Origin: an uncultured delta proteobacterium
GTDB taxonomy: Bacteria; Desulfobacterota; Syntrophobacteria; BM002
Length of the DNA: 64,000 nt
Assembly (NCBI GenBank): GCA_963712115.1
Contig: CAVQGX010000018.1
Coordinates: 1 to 64,000 of the forward strand
Direction: 5' to 3'
Shown here one piece after another: positions 1 through 9,194 of the stretch. Position numbers and translations under genes: made by a program. The notes under the pieces are model-generated. The model was not told where the DNA came from and searched no databases. It saw only the letters and a list, made by a program, of their open reading frames with translations. Each line of letters opens with the position of its first letter. Position 1 is the stretch's first letter.

Positions 1-12
1 GTATGATATGCA

Positions 13-40
13 AACTCCTCCCGAAATAGTGGGAGGAGTT
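13..40 (-). terminator. Possible intrinsic terminator downstream of the FHA-cNMP-PilZ gene
   Basis: Perfect 10-bp stem AACTCCTCCC/GGGAGGAGTT with 8-nt loop; weak U-tract. Confidence 0.4.
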
Positions 41-94
41 ATAATATAAGTCTCGATATATATACCCTAGAATAAATATCAGGATCGAGGGAGT

Positions 95-1315
95 TTAGTT
101 TAACTCACCGTATTTAGGATTTTTTATTCTGGTAGTGGGCGATGTGTAAAGGAAATGCTCTAGCTCTTTCAGATCCTCGGCCAATATTTCGGAGAATTCA
201 ATGCCTAGATAGATTGTTCCTTTGACTTCCTTCGCCTCAATAATATGGCGGAGAGTTCCGATGCACCGAATGGGCTCCGAAAGCTTTGGCAAAGTAATCT
301 CCAGACGGAGATCGCCACCTACAGGGAGATCAAGAAGAATTCGATCCTTTACCTTTATTCGGACTCCAGCATTTGAAATATCAGAGCTAACTGCCTTAAA
401 AGTCTTTCCTTGAAACCGAGCTGAAACTTTTGAGCTAGGAGAAATAGAGAAATTTACAGCAAGCCTTAGCTCGTAGCGGGGATGGCCCCGTTGTTCAAAG
501 CCGGCTGCCTTCTTTTTGCCTTGCGCCTCCTTGTCACGTTCTCGGTGATACTGTTCCAGTATGCCCTTAACGATTGGAAACTCTTGGATTATCCCCCGAA
601 TAGCCTCGAAATCCAGTTTGCAAAGGAGGGTCTCCTCTGCTGCTTGAACCATGGCAGTGCTGGGGCGCCCAGTAATAAAAGAACTTTCACCAAAAAAATG
701 ATTTTCCGAAAGAAAGCGCAAAGTAACATCTTTTCCTTGGTGATCGTAGGTGAAGATTCGAACCTTGCCATCCAAAATGACAAATAAACAATTCGCCCAA
801 TCACCGTGCCGGATGATTGTTTTGCCTTTATCAAAAACTACTAATCTTGCTCCCTTACAGAGTTGCTCAAGGCCTTCCTCACTGAGGCTAGAAAACACTG
901 GGATTTTAGATATGGTACCGACAACTCTTCTGGATCTCAGGGGTAAGGTTTCCTCATCCGAAGTACTCGCTATATCCGTCAGTTCGAATACCTGAGTGTC
1001 CTTGATGTCGATTTGCTTTTCAACAACTTCTTCTTGAAGGAACCGAAGCGTCACCTTTCCGACCCGGAGTGCGTCTCCACTCTTCAGGACCGCTTTTTTC
1101 ACCTGTTCCTCGTTGACAAAGGTCCCGTTAGAACTTTCGAGGTCTTCCACGATGGGCGCCCCTTCTGTGAGGTAGACCACAGCGTGCTGCCTTGAGACAG
1201 AGTGTTCAGTCAAATGAATATCATTCTCTGTTGCCCGACCAATGGTGACGCGACTTTCTAATGGAAAAATCCTCTCGCCTCTCAGCCCCTCCTGAGTAAT
1301 AAGATAAACCTTCAT
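95..1315 (-). CDS. FHA + cyclic-nucleotide-binding + PilZ domain protein
   Basis: FHA motifs IGR..SRQHA..DLESSNGT; cNMP fold (G..II..GD, FFGE); PilZ RxxxR (QRGHPR) and DxSxxG (DISNAG). Confidence 0.85.
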   Translation of the reverse strand: MKVYLITQEGLRGERIFPLESRVTIGRATENDIHLTEHSVSRQHAVVYLTEGAPIVEDLESSNGTFVNEEQVKKAVLKSGDALRVGKVTLRFLQEEVVEKQIDIKDTQVFELTDIASTSDEETLPLRSRRVVGTISKIPVFSSLSEEGLEQLCKGARLVVFDKGKTIIRHGDWANCLFVILDGKVRIFTYDHQGKDVTLRFLSENHFFGESSFITGRPSTAMVQAAEETLLCKLDFEAIRGIIQEFPIVKGILEQYHRERDKEAQGKKKAAGFEQRGHPRYELRLAVNFSISPSSKVSARFQGKTFKAVSSDISNAGVRIKVKDRILLDLPVGGDLRLEITLPKLSEPIRCIGTLRHIIEAKEVKGTIYLGIEFSEILAEDLKELEHFLYTSPTTRIKNPKYGELN

Positions 1316-1733
1316 GATGCCTTGCCCTCCCTTGGTGCCGAATTGAGATTTTTTAAGACTTATCGTAGTACAAGTAGCAAATCATTCAGATCAATTTTTC
1401 CGGAATCTGTCCAACAAAACTCTTAATGGCAATCTTAAGTTGAGGCGATTTTCTGTAGAGGATATGGAAGGTGAATACTGAATTGGCGCCGTCGGTAACC
1501 GAATGCCCCAACCGTTGCTGGCGAAGCAAGGAACCGTCTAGATTAAATGTTGCGAATTAGATATCTCAAGAATGTCCATGGAAATCAAGCAAATTCATAC
1601 TCAGATCCACCAAACTGATGCTGGTTCTCAACAACCTGTCGACGCCACAAGATTTTACATTACACACTACGCTCTGCTGGGTTTCACTCTGGCACAAGAT
1701 ATGGAAAGGTGCCAAGTGAGGCTGCATCACAAC

Positions 1734-1805
1734 AAAAAACCCCCAGCAACCGGGGCACTTAGCAGCTGGGGGTCGGGGCACCGGACAGAGAAGGCTCTCT
1801 GTCCA
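1734..1805 (-). ncRNA. Putative small RNA with two hairpins and a repeated GUGCCCCG
   Basis: Extended -10 TGcTAAGTT at 1812-1820; hairpin 1783-1804; terminator stem 1739-1773 followed by a U-tract. Confidence 0.5.
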
Positions 1806-1841
1806 AGAAGTAACTTAGCATAGGTGAAGTTGAAAATGGAA

Positions 1842-1935
1842 GAAAAAAGAACCCCCACCAACCATCCGCACTCGGTCGGTGGAGGCTTATTAAAGATAAG
1901 GAGATGTGTGAAGCGGAACAGAATACTAATACCAG
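1842..1935 (-). ncRNA. Putative sigma54-dependent sRNA with an anti-SD tract
   Basis: Upstream -24/-12 promoter; CUUCACACAUCUCCUU tract; 12-bp terminator stem with two G-U pairs that form only on the minus strand, then UUCUUUUUU. Confidence 0.55.
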
Positions 1936-1945
1936 GCACCCTTAA

Positions 1946-1962
1946 CGCAAACCCGATGCCAA
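1946..1962 (-). promoter_or_regulatory. sigma54 (-24/-12) promoter
   Basis: TTGGCATCGGGTTTGCG: GG-N10-GC. Confidence 0.6.
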
Positions 1963-1963
1963 C

Positions 1964-1986
1964 AAAAAAGCGGAGCCGAAGCTCCG
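1964..1986 (-). terminator. UUCG-tetraloop terminator after the 6S-like RNA
   Basis: CGGAGC-TTCG-GCTCCG-C-TTTTTT; an identical 27-nt copy lies at 38068-38094. Confidence 0.75.
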
Positions 1987-1994
1987 ACAAAAAA

Positions 1995-2170
1995 GCCCCT
2001 GCGGAAGTGATGTTGGCAGACTGTCTTGAACCCTTCGTAACTAGATGAGGTCCCTGTTGGTCCTTTAGGCGCTTCGGGTTAACCGATGCGGCACACCGTT
2101 CCAAGGAAGGGTCCCCGTTTGTAAGTGTTGATTCAGAAAATATCTACCAATCATCAAGACCGCAGGGGAA
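1995..2170 (-). ncRNA. ssrS: 6S RNA-like
   Basis: About 175 nt; ends pair (CCCCTGCGG/CCGCAGGGG); internal motifs TGAAtCAACAC, GGTGTGC, GCCTAAAG and GGTTCAAG match my recollection of Deltaproteobacterial 6S RNA. Confidence 0.75.
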
Positions 2171-2231
2171 CCGAATCATAATAGAAAGTAGAGTACCTTA
2201 CCCTGTTCTTAACTATACTCTTATACAGATA

Positions 2232-2277
2232 AGACTACAGTAGCGATTCGGATCCCGTCAATACGAAAAACCACCAT
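2232..2277 (-). promoter_or_regulatory. sigma70-type promoter with upstream 16-bp box
   Basis: ATGGTGGTTTTTCGTA-TTGACG-N18-TAGTCT. Confidence 0.55.
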
Positions 2278-2551
2278 TTCTGAGATTAAACGGCTGGCGC
2301 AAAATGGAGGGAGCAGAGTGGCTATTACATCCCTTAATTCACACTTTCCCTTCAGAAAACTCAATACAAAATGTGGGAAGTATATCTGAACAGGCAAAAT
2401 GTGCAGTATGTAATGTAAACTCCCAAGAAAAGCGTCGGAGAACTCATATAACGACCTATCTTGATTTTCCCCTAGGCTTATATATGCTCTAATATTTTGG
2501 CGAATGTTTAAAGCAAGCGCATCAAAGAGAGGGGGAAAGCAACAGCCTAGC

Positions 2552-3507
2552 TCAATTGATCAGACAGATAATACAGTCTTGGGCGTTGTCGAGTAGCTTA
2601 TTGGTTTTGCTGCCTAACCGAAAAGGGCTGGTCTCTCTGGAGCCTTTACGGCCTACAACCAAAATACCGTAGTTCCCCCTAACCAGTTCGGCAAGAATAT
2701 CTCTGGCCATTCCTATTTCGACGGCTTGAGCCTTAAAGGTCACGTTCTCCTCATGAACACCCGCTTTGAGAAGCTTCTCTTTGCCTTCATCCGCAATCTT
2801 TTTAACTCTATCTGCGTATTCTTTAGTCCACTGAGCTATTTGTATTTCCCGTGCTCTGCGCTCTTGTTCGGTTAAGATGCGTGTGTTGTCCCAGTACTGC
2901 GGGGGTAGGGCGGAACCACGTGAAAAAATGTAAATCTGCTCTCCTTGAGGTGGGCAAAATACCGGATAACGTGTTCCATTGCCCGGCGACTAATGGGCGC
3001 ACCCACTAAAGCCACCAGAACGTTAAGTGAGGCGATTGGCGGATCGATCACCCAAACTGCCTTTTCATCTGCCAAGTGAATGAGCCGGGAGGTGACTGAT
3101 CCCATGAGCACCCGCTTCAGACGAGGAGAGCTGCTTCGAGCCAGGGCAATGACTTCAAATCCTTCTGAGGTGGCCAACTGCAACATGCTACTGGCAGGGT
3201 CATGACACTTCCCCTCACCACGGATTGTTACCCTCTCCGCTTCGACTCCAGAGCCGAGCAAAACCTCTTCGGCTCGTTCCAGGACTCTATGCTCTTGTAG
3301 GCTCAAAACCTTTCGGTATTCTTCCACAGCGGCGGGAGTCAGGCGAAGCAGCTTGGTCAAGGAGGAAAGATGTGGATCTGGAGCACCGTAAAATAACGTG
3401 ATGTTAGAATTTTTTCTGTTTTTCATGAGAGCGCCAGCAGCTGTAACCGCCTGCATGGCAGACTCGGAACCATCGACGCCCAATAGTATTTTCTGCTCTA
3501 TGTCCAT
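2552..3507 (-). pseudogene. Tandem universal stress protein, split by a 1-nt frameshift near 2905
   Basis: KILLGVDGS and GSVT in USP domain 1; adding one C in the CCGCCCTACCCCCG run restores PPLPPQYWD... in frame with the VVGRKG..LGS second domain. Confidence 0.75.
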
Positions 3508-4051
3508 AGATTCAAAACTACCACATTTGAGCAGATTTTGCAGGAAGATATCCTCATCTTGACCGGAGTCCATCTCTAGCGACTGGACGAATCATCCCCA
3601 CGCTAGTTGTTGATGGCCCGTGCTGATCTCAGAGCCTCGATAAGTCTATTGATGAGAGCCCTGAACTCCAACTCGATCAATGGAAAAGTTTAAATTACAT
3701 CCCTTAATTTACACTCGGCTGGAATTTATTCTAGCACAATATTCTGTGGATTGTTGACACGAAGGCACTGGAAGGAAGACTCTGACAGCTGATGACTTAG
3801 AGTTCCGACTAATGACAAATGATAAATGGTAGATGTAAAATGACTGGCTTGACAAAGCCAGATGGGTATAATAACAACAAGTGCTCGGGTTTTAGATTGA
3901 GGTGAGACGGGCCCTTCGACGAGCTCAGGGTAAACTCACGTGAGGTCGAGCGAGACGAGGGTCCGCCCTCCGGGCCGTAGGCCCTATGAGACGGAGGCAG
4001 GGCCTGGATTCTTTACTTTGACCGAAACGGTTTGGCCTGGGAAGGAAAAAC

Positions 4052-4420
4052 ATGCTTGACTTTCAAAAAACTGGCGGGCTGGTACCAGCTATCGTTCAGG
4101 ACGATGACACCGGGCAGGTATTGATGCTGGCGTATATGAATGAGGAGGCCTGGGAGAAGACGCTTAGCAGCGGCAAAGCTCATTACTGGAGCCGCTCTCG
4201 ACAGAAGTTGTGGCTTAAAGGGGGGACTTCAGGCCATATTCAAGAGGTCCGTGCCATTCACCTGGATTGCGACCAGGACACAGTGCTACTCAAGGTTCAC
4301 CAGGTGGGCGGAGCCGCTTGCCACGAGGGATATGGGAGCTGCTTCTACCGCAAGCTTGAGGGCGGCGAGCTCATAACCACTGCAACCAGAGTATTTGATC
4401 CCAAGGAAGTCTACAAGTGA
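4052..4420 (+). CDS. hisI: Phosphoribosyl-AMP cyclohydrolase
   Basis: [15 protein letters not shown]..LWxKG, DCDxD, ACHxGxxSCF. Confidence 0.95.
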   Translation: MLDFQKTGGLVPAIVQDDDTGQVLMLAYMNEEAWEKTLSSGKAHYWSRSRQKLWLKGGTSGHIQEVRAIHLDCDQDTVLLKVHQVGGAACHEGYGSCFYRKLEGGELITTATRVFDPKEVYK

Positions 4421-4566
4421 GATGTGGGATGTGAGATCAAAATGTAGAATCTCAAAACTCACATCACATATCTCACATCGCTCAAGTGAATTTTTGTGTG
4501 CTTAGGATTTCGAGTTTCGAATTAGACTGCGGCTTAGCCGCATTAGAAGAGGAGGTAATTTTCATC

Positions 4567-5439
4567 GTGCAACAGTTGAGACTAGGCGTGCCCAAGGGCA
4601 GCCTTCAGGACGCTACTATAAGTTTATTTCAAAAATCCGGATGGCGAATTTCACTCAGCTCTCGCAATTACTTTCCGGAGATCAATGATTCCACAATAAA
4701 TTGTTCCATTTGCCGGGCTCAAGAAATGTCACGCTATGTAGAGAGTGGCACCTTCGATGTAGGGCTAACTGGAAAGGACTGGATACTAGAAAACGGTTCC
4801 CAGGTAAAAGTGGTTGCGGATTTAGTCTATTCCAAGGTGAGTCAAAGACCGACTCGATGGGTACTGGCAGTTCCCCTGGAGTCAGAAATCAAAGAGCTGG
4901 CCGACTTGGAAGGCAAGAAGATCTCCACGGAACTGACGAACTTCACCCGCAGTTACTTCAAGGAAAAGGGTGTAAATGTAGTGGTGGAATTTTCTTGGGG
5001 TGCGACAGAGGCAAAGGTTATTGACGGGTTATGCGACGCTATTGTTGAGGTCACTGAAACGGGCAGTACTATGCGGGCCAATGGCTTGAGAATAGTCCAT
5101 GAGCTTATGCAGTCCAACACTCAGTTGATTGCCAATTTCGACTCCTGGAAGGACCCATGGAAAAGGGAAAAAATAGAGCAGATTTCCCTTCTTCTAAAAG
5201 GTGCGCTGAAGGCTGAGAATATGGTTGGTCTGAAGATGAATGTGCCTGAAGACAAAGTGGGGGATGTGATGGAAATTCTTCCAAGCCTCAATGCTCCTAC
5301 TGTATCGCACCTCTACCAGAGTAAGTGGTTGGCAATTGAGGTTGTGGTCGACAAGGACCAGGTACGTGAACTCATCCCCGCTCTCTTGAAGCGCGGGGCA
5401 GAGGGTATTATTGAATATCCCCTGCATAAGGTGATCTAG
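4567..5439 (+). CDS. hisG: ATP phosphoribosyltransferase (long form)
   Basis: PKGSL, RAQE, GATE, ETGSTM; GAGGAGG RBS before GTG at 4567. Confidence 0.95.
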   Translation: MQQLRLGVPKGSLQDATISLFQKSGWRISLSSRNYFPEINDSTINCSICRAQEMSRYVESGTFDVGLTGKDWILENGSQVKVVADLVYSKVSQRPTRWVLAVPLESEIKELADLEGKKISTELTNFTRSYFKEKGVNVVVEFSWGATEAKVIDGLCDAIVEVTETGSTMRANGLRIVHELMQSNTQLIANFDSWKDPWKREKIEQISLLLKGALKAENMVGLKMNVPEDKVGDVMEILPSLNAPTVSHLYQSKWLAIEVVVDKDQVRELIPALLKRGAEGIIEYPLHKVI

Positions 5440-5698
5440 AAGCAGCTTCAGTGGGCATGGAGCATGGGGCATGGAGTAAAGAGAGATGGGAGGTCGGGCA
5501 AGAGGAGGATTCAAACGCGGAAGTCGGAATGCGGAACGTGGAATTCTTTTCTGTGCTGATGGCCAACGGGCTAAACCGGCAAAACCGGCCAAACTGGCGA
5601 AACGCATTGAACGATTTCAAGAGCCAATATCCCATGACCAAATTTTAGGCACTTTAGTACACTTTAGCTCATTTTAGACATTTAGGTAAATTCTGCCT

Positions 5699-6907
5699 AT
5701 GATTACCAAACGCGCCGAAGAAATAAGGCCTTTTATAGTCATGGATGTGCTCGAGCGTGCCCAGGAGCTCGAAAAGCAGGGGGAGCATGTAATCCATTTG
5801 GAAGTGGGAGAGCCGGATTTCGATACTCCCACCTGTATCCGTGAAGCTGGCGAAAGGGCGCTGAGAGAAGGAAAAACCCGCTACACCCACAGCCTGGGGC
5901 TCCTGGAACTACGAGAGGCCATTTGTGAACAGTACAAAAAAAATTATGGAGTGAAGATTGCTCCAGATCAAATTATTGTTACTTCTGGAACCTCACCTGC
6001 CATGTTGCTGATTTTCGGGGCCTTGCTGGAAGCAGGAGACGAGGTAATCATTTCGGACCCACACTATGCCTGTTATCCCAACTTCATCAGATTTGTCGAG
6101 GGTGTTCCAATCAGGATACCCGTGGCCGAAGAAGATGGTTTCCAATTTAGGCCCGAAGAGATTCGCCGGAAAACAACACCTCGCACCAGGGGGATCTTCA
6201 TTAACTCGCCTGCCAATCCTACCGGAAACCTTTTGTCCCCAGAGCGGATGGCCGAAATTGCCGACCTTGGATCGATGGTTATTTCAGATGAGATCTACCA
6301 TGGCCTGGTTTATGAGGGAGAAGAGCATACAATCCTAGAATACACTGACGAATGTTTCGTCTTGAATGGCTTCTCAAAGCTATATGCCATGACTGGCTGG
6401 CGCCTGGGCTATGTTATTGCACCTCAACGTTTCGTCCGACCGATGCAGAGAATGCAGCAGAATTTTTTCATTTCTGCCAGTGCAATGGCCCAGTGGGCTG
6501 GAGTCGAAGCCCTGAGAAGTAAAGAGGCGGCTGAAGAAGTGGCGCGCATGGTAAGCACCTACGACGAGCGTCGACGCTACATGATCCAGCGACTCAGAAA
6601 AATGGGTTTTGGTATTACCGTTGAACCGACCGGTGCGTTTTATGTTTTGGCCAATGCCAAGAGATTCAGCAGCGACTCTTACCGCTTCGCCTTTGATATT
6701 CTGCACAATGCCAAGGTGGGTGTTACTCCAGGAGTTGATTTCGGCCCGAACGCGGAAGGGTATATCCGGCTTACCTATGCGAACTCTCTAGAGAACATTG
6801 CTGAAGGGATGGACCGGCTAGAGCGTTACTTGGAGAAGCTGCAACCGGCAAGTTCCGCTCAAAGCGCAGAGCGGATATCAGATCACAAAAGAAAAACTGG
6901 CGGTTGA
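5699..6907 (+). CDS. Class I/II PLP-dependent aminotransferase (aspartate aminotransferase-like)
   Basis: GEPDF, NSPANPTG, SDEIY, FSKLYAMTGWRLG. Confidence 0.92.
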   Translation: MITKRAEEIRPFIVMDVLERAQELEKQGEHVIHLEVGEPDFDTPTCIREAGERALREGKTRYTHSLGLLELREAICEQYKKNYGVKIAPDQIIVTSGTSPAMLLIFGALLEAGDEVIISDPHYACYPNFIRFVEGVPIRIPVAEEDGFQFRPEEIRRKTTPRTRGIFINSPANPTGNLLSPERMAEIADLGSMVISDEIYHGLVYEGEEHTILEYTDECFVLNGFSKLYAMTGWRLGYVIAPQRFVRPMQRMQQNFFISASAMAQWAGVEALRSKEAAEEVARMVSTYDERRRYMIQRLRKMGFGITVEPTGAFYVLANAKRFSSDSYRFAFDILHNAKVGVTPGVDFGPNAEGYIRLTYANSLENIAEGMDRLERYLEKLQPASSAQSAERISDHKRKTGG

Positions 6908-7013
6908 AATATTAACCCAGGTTTACTCAGCTCCTAAAATGGCCAGACCAAAATAGGTCTTCGCTTTCCTTAATCATTTCCAACGCTATGCGCCATGAGC
7001 TCTGCTCTGAACA

Positions 7014-7604
7014 ATGATAATTCGTTCAGCTAAATTTATATGCAGTGCGGTGACCCCGGAGCACTATCCACCTGCGGACCTGCCGGAAGTGGCCTTTGCC
7101 GGCCGTTCAAATGTGGGGAAATCTTCACTCATCAACAAGATACTAAATCGTAAGAAACTGGTACGTACCAGCAAGACACCTGGCCGCACTCAGCTCCTTA
7201 ATTTTTTTGAGATCAATGAGATTTGCCGCTTTGTTGATTTACCCGGATATGGCTACGCAAAAGTACCTGCTGAAGTGCAAAAGCGCTGGCGACCCATGGT
7301 GGAGACCTATCTTACCAGCAGGTCCAATATGAGGGGAATGGTCCTTCTCCTGGATATTCGCCGGGAACCTTCCAAAGAAGACTTAAACCTCTGGCATTGG
7401 CTCCAGACTATGTCCATAGAGGTCGTAACAGTAACCACCAAGGTTGACAAGCTTTCCAGAAACAAACGGAATAAACAGATCGCTGCTATTGCCAGAACTC
7501 TCGGATGTAAAAAAGAAGAGTTGATTGAGTTTTCCGCCATGACCGGGGAAGGACGCCACGAAATTTGGAGAGAATTGCTCAGACTTCTAGAAACTAAACA
7601 TTAG
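7014..7604 (+). CDS. engB: Ribosome biogenesis GTPase YihA/YsxC
   Basis: GRSNVGKSSLIN, PGRTQ, DLPGYGYAK, TKVDK. Confidence 0.95.
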   Translation: MIIRSAKFICSAVTPEHYPPADLPEVAFAGRSNVGKSSLINKILNRKKLVRTSKTPGRTQLLNFFEINEICRFVDLPGYGYAKVPAEVQKRWRPMVETYLTSRSNMRGMVLLLDIRREPSKEDLNLWHWLQTMSIEVVTVTTKVDKLSRNKRNKQIAAIARTLGCKKEELIEFSAMTGEGRHEIWRELLRLLETKH

Positions 7605-7738
7605 TCATTTCGCATTTCACATTTCTCATTGTTCATTCAAGACTTGGGACTTTGACGCACAGGAAAAATTAATAGTCCATAGATGACAAATGTGAAATGG
7701 CGGATGATAAATGACAAATGACAAATGAGAAATGAAAA

Positions 7739-8188
7739 ATGAGAGCAGTAGTACAAAGGGTGAAAGAAGCCAGTGTGGCTGTGGAAGGCCAGGAGGTGGG
7801 GCGCATCGGCCAAGGCATCCTGGTCCTGCTAGGAGTGGGGCACAAAGACGGACCGGAGGATGCCAAGTACACGGCGGAGAAAGTGGTTCATCTGAGGATA
7901 TTTGCTGATGAACAGGGCAAGATGAATAGATCTCTTCTTGATGTGGATGGCGGCCTGTTGGCTGTATCCCAGTTTACCCTTTGGGGAGACTGCCGCAAGG
8001 GGAGAAGGCCTTCATTTGTGGCCGCCGCTGAGCCTGCCAAGGCCGAAGCATTATATGAAGCTTTTATTGATCATGTCAGGAGTATTGGTGTGACCGTGGC
8101 CTCTGGACGCTTCCAGGAGATGATGGAGGTATCTCTGGTGAATGACGGTCCGGTTACTCTGTTGCTCGATAGCAAGAAGGAGTTTTGA
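7739..8188 (+). CDS. dtd: D-aminoacyl-tRNA deacylase
   Basis: [19 protein letters not shown]. Confidence 0.97.
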   Translation: MRAVVQRVKEASVAVEGQEVGRIGQGILVLLGVGHKDGPEDAKYTAEKVVHLRIFADEQGKMNRSLLDVDGGLLAVSQFTLWGDCRKGRRPSFVAAAEPAKAEALYEAFIDHVRSIGVTVASGRFQEMMEVSLVNDGPVTLLLDSKKEF

Positions 8189-8194
8189 ACATCA

Positions 8195-8660
8195 GGCATG
8201 GAGCATGGAGCATGGAGCATGGAGAAAGGGGCACGGAGGTGAGAATGGCTAAATTCAGATTTCAGGACTTAAGAATCTGGCAGTTTGCTATTGAGCTTGC
8301 AGACGAACTCTTTGACATCGCCGATGATCTTGAGCGAAGGAAACTCTACCGTTTCGCTGATCAGATAAGAGGTGCAGGAATGTCAATGTCAAACAACATC
8401 TCTGAAGGGTCCGGATCGGATTCCAAGAGGGAGTTCGCGCGATTTCTGAACATAGCGCGAAGATCCACATTTGAAAATGCGAATGTTACCATTCTTCTTG
8501 AGAGACGAGGTCTTCTATCGATAGAGAGATCCAATAAACTTCTGGAGAACCTCGAGCTTCTCTGTCGACAAATTAGCAGTTTCAAGAACACACTTAGATG
8601 AAGGAACAGGGTTTTTCAGCTTTGATTTTACTCCATGCTCCATGCCCCATGCTCCATGCC
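8195..8660. mobile_element. Cassette bounded by inverted (GGAGCAT)n arrays carrying a four-helix-bundle gene
   Basis: 8195-8224 is the reverse complement of 8631-8660 at 29 of 30 positions. Confidence 0.6.
8245..8601 (+). CDS. Four-helix-bundle protein (23S rRNA IVS protein / TIGR02436-like)
   Basis: FQDLRIWQ..DQIRGAGMSMSNNISEGSG..F.RFL.IAR.S.FE signature; GGAGG RBS. Confidence 0.9.
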   Translation: MAKFRFQDLRIWQFAIELADELFDIADDLERRKLYRFADQIRGAGMSMSNNISEGSGSDSKREFARFLNIARRSTFENANVTILLERRGLLSIERSNKLLENLELLCRQISSFKNTLR

Positions 8661-8670
8661 CTGGTAACCA

Positions 8671-9186
8671 ATGTCAATGAATAAGGAAAACGAACCAGAA
8701 CTAAGACTAAGCGAGAATGAATTACCTCCCTGTGGAATAGTGATCGACAGGGAAGGGGACTGGTACTATCGCGAGAGTCCCATGCAGCGCGCTGACATAG
8801 TTTCACACCTCTGCCAGCACCTGCGGAGGGAAGAGTCTAGCGGACTATATATAATTCAGCTGGGCAAACAAAGGTGCTATCTGGAAGTGGAGGACACCCC
8901 TCTGGTTGTAACCAGCGTTTTGCACCAGGAGGAAAGAGAAGAGGACGACCAGGAAGAACTTTTCCTTTCCATAAAGCATCTAAGAACAAAGCAGCCCCTC
9001 AACCCCAAAACTCTCTGGGTGGGCAGAGACAATGTGCTTTACTGTGAAGTTATGGAAGATACAATTCCTGCTCGGTTCCTGCGCCCCGCCTACTATCAGC
9101 TGGCAGAGTTCATCCATGAAGACAAAGAAAAGCATCGCTTTTACCTTTTACTAGGAGGGAAGCGCTATTACATTGGCCGAAAGTGA
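8671..9186 (+). CDS. DUF1285-like protein
   Basis: IDREGDWYY..YLEVEDTPLVV..ARFLRPAYYQL pattern. Confidence 0.7.
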   Translation: MSMNKENEPELRLSENELPPCGIVIDREGDWYYRESPMQRADIVSHLCQHLRREESSGLYIIQLGKQRCYLEVEDTPLVVTSVLHQEEREEDDQEELFLSIKHLRTKQPLNPKTLWVGRDNVLYCEVMEDTIPARFLRPAYYQLAEFIHEDKEKHRFYLLLGGKRYYIGRK

Positions 9187-9194
9187 GTTGTTCA

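Noticed and set aside
1400-2000. c-di-GMP riboswitch ahead of the PilZ gene
   Set aside because: No GEMM core (GGCAAA...GAAA...GCAAAG) found; hairpins are better explained as terminators
1566-2104. ORFs 1566-1781, 1572-1823, 1727-2104 and 1824-2048
   Set aside because: They overlap the structured RNAs and terminators, with no RBS or protein-like signature
8245-8601. Diversity-generating retroelement (Avd-like gene)
   Set aside because: No reverse transcriptase and no TR/VR pair with adenine-specific mismatches seen in the window
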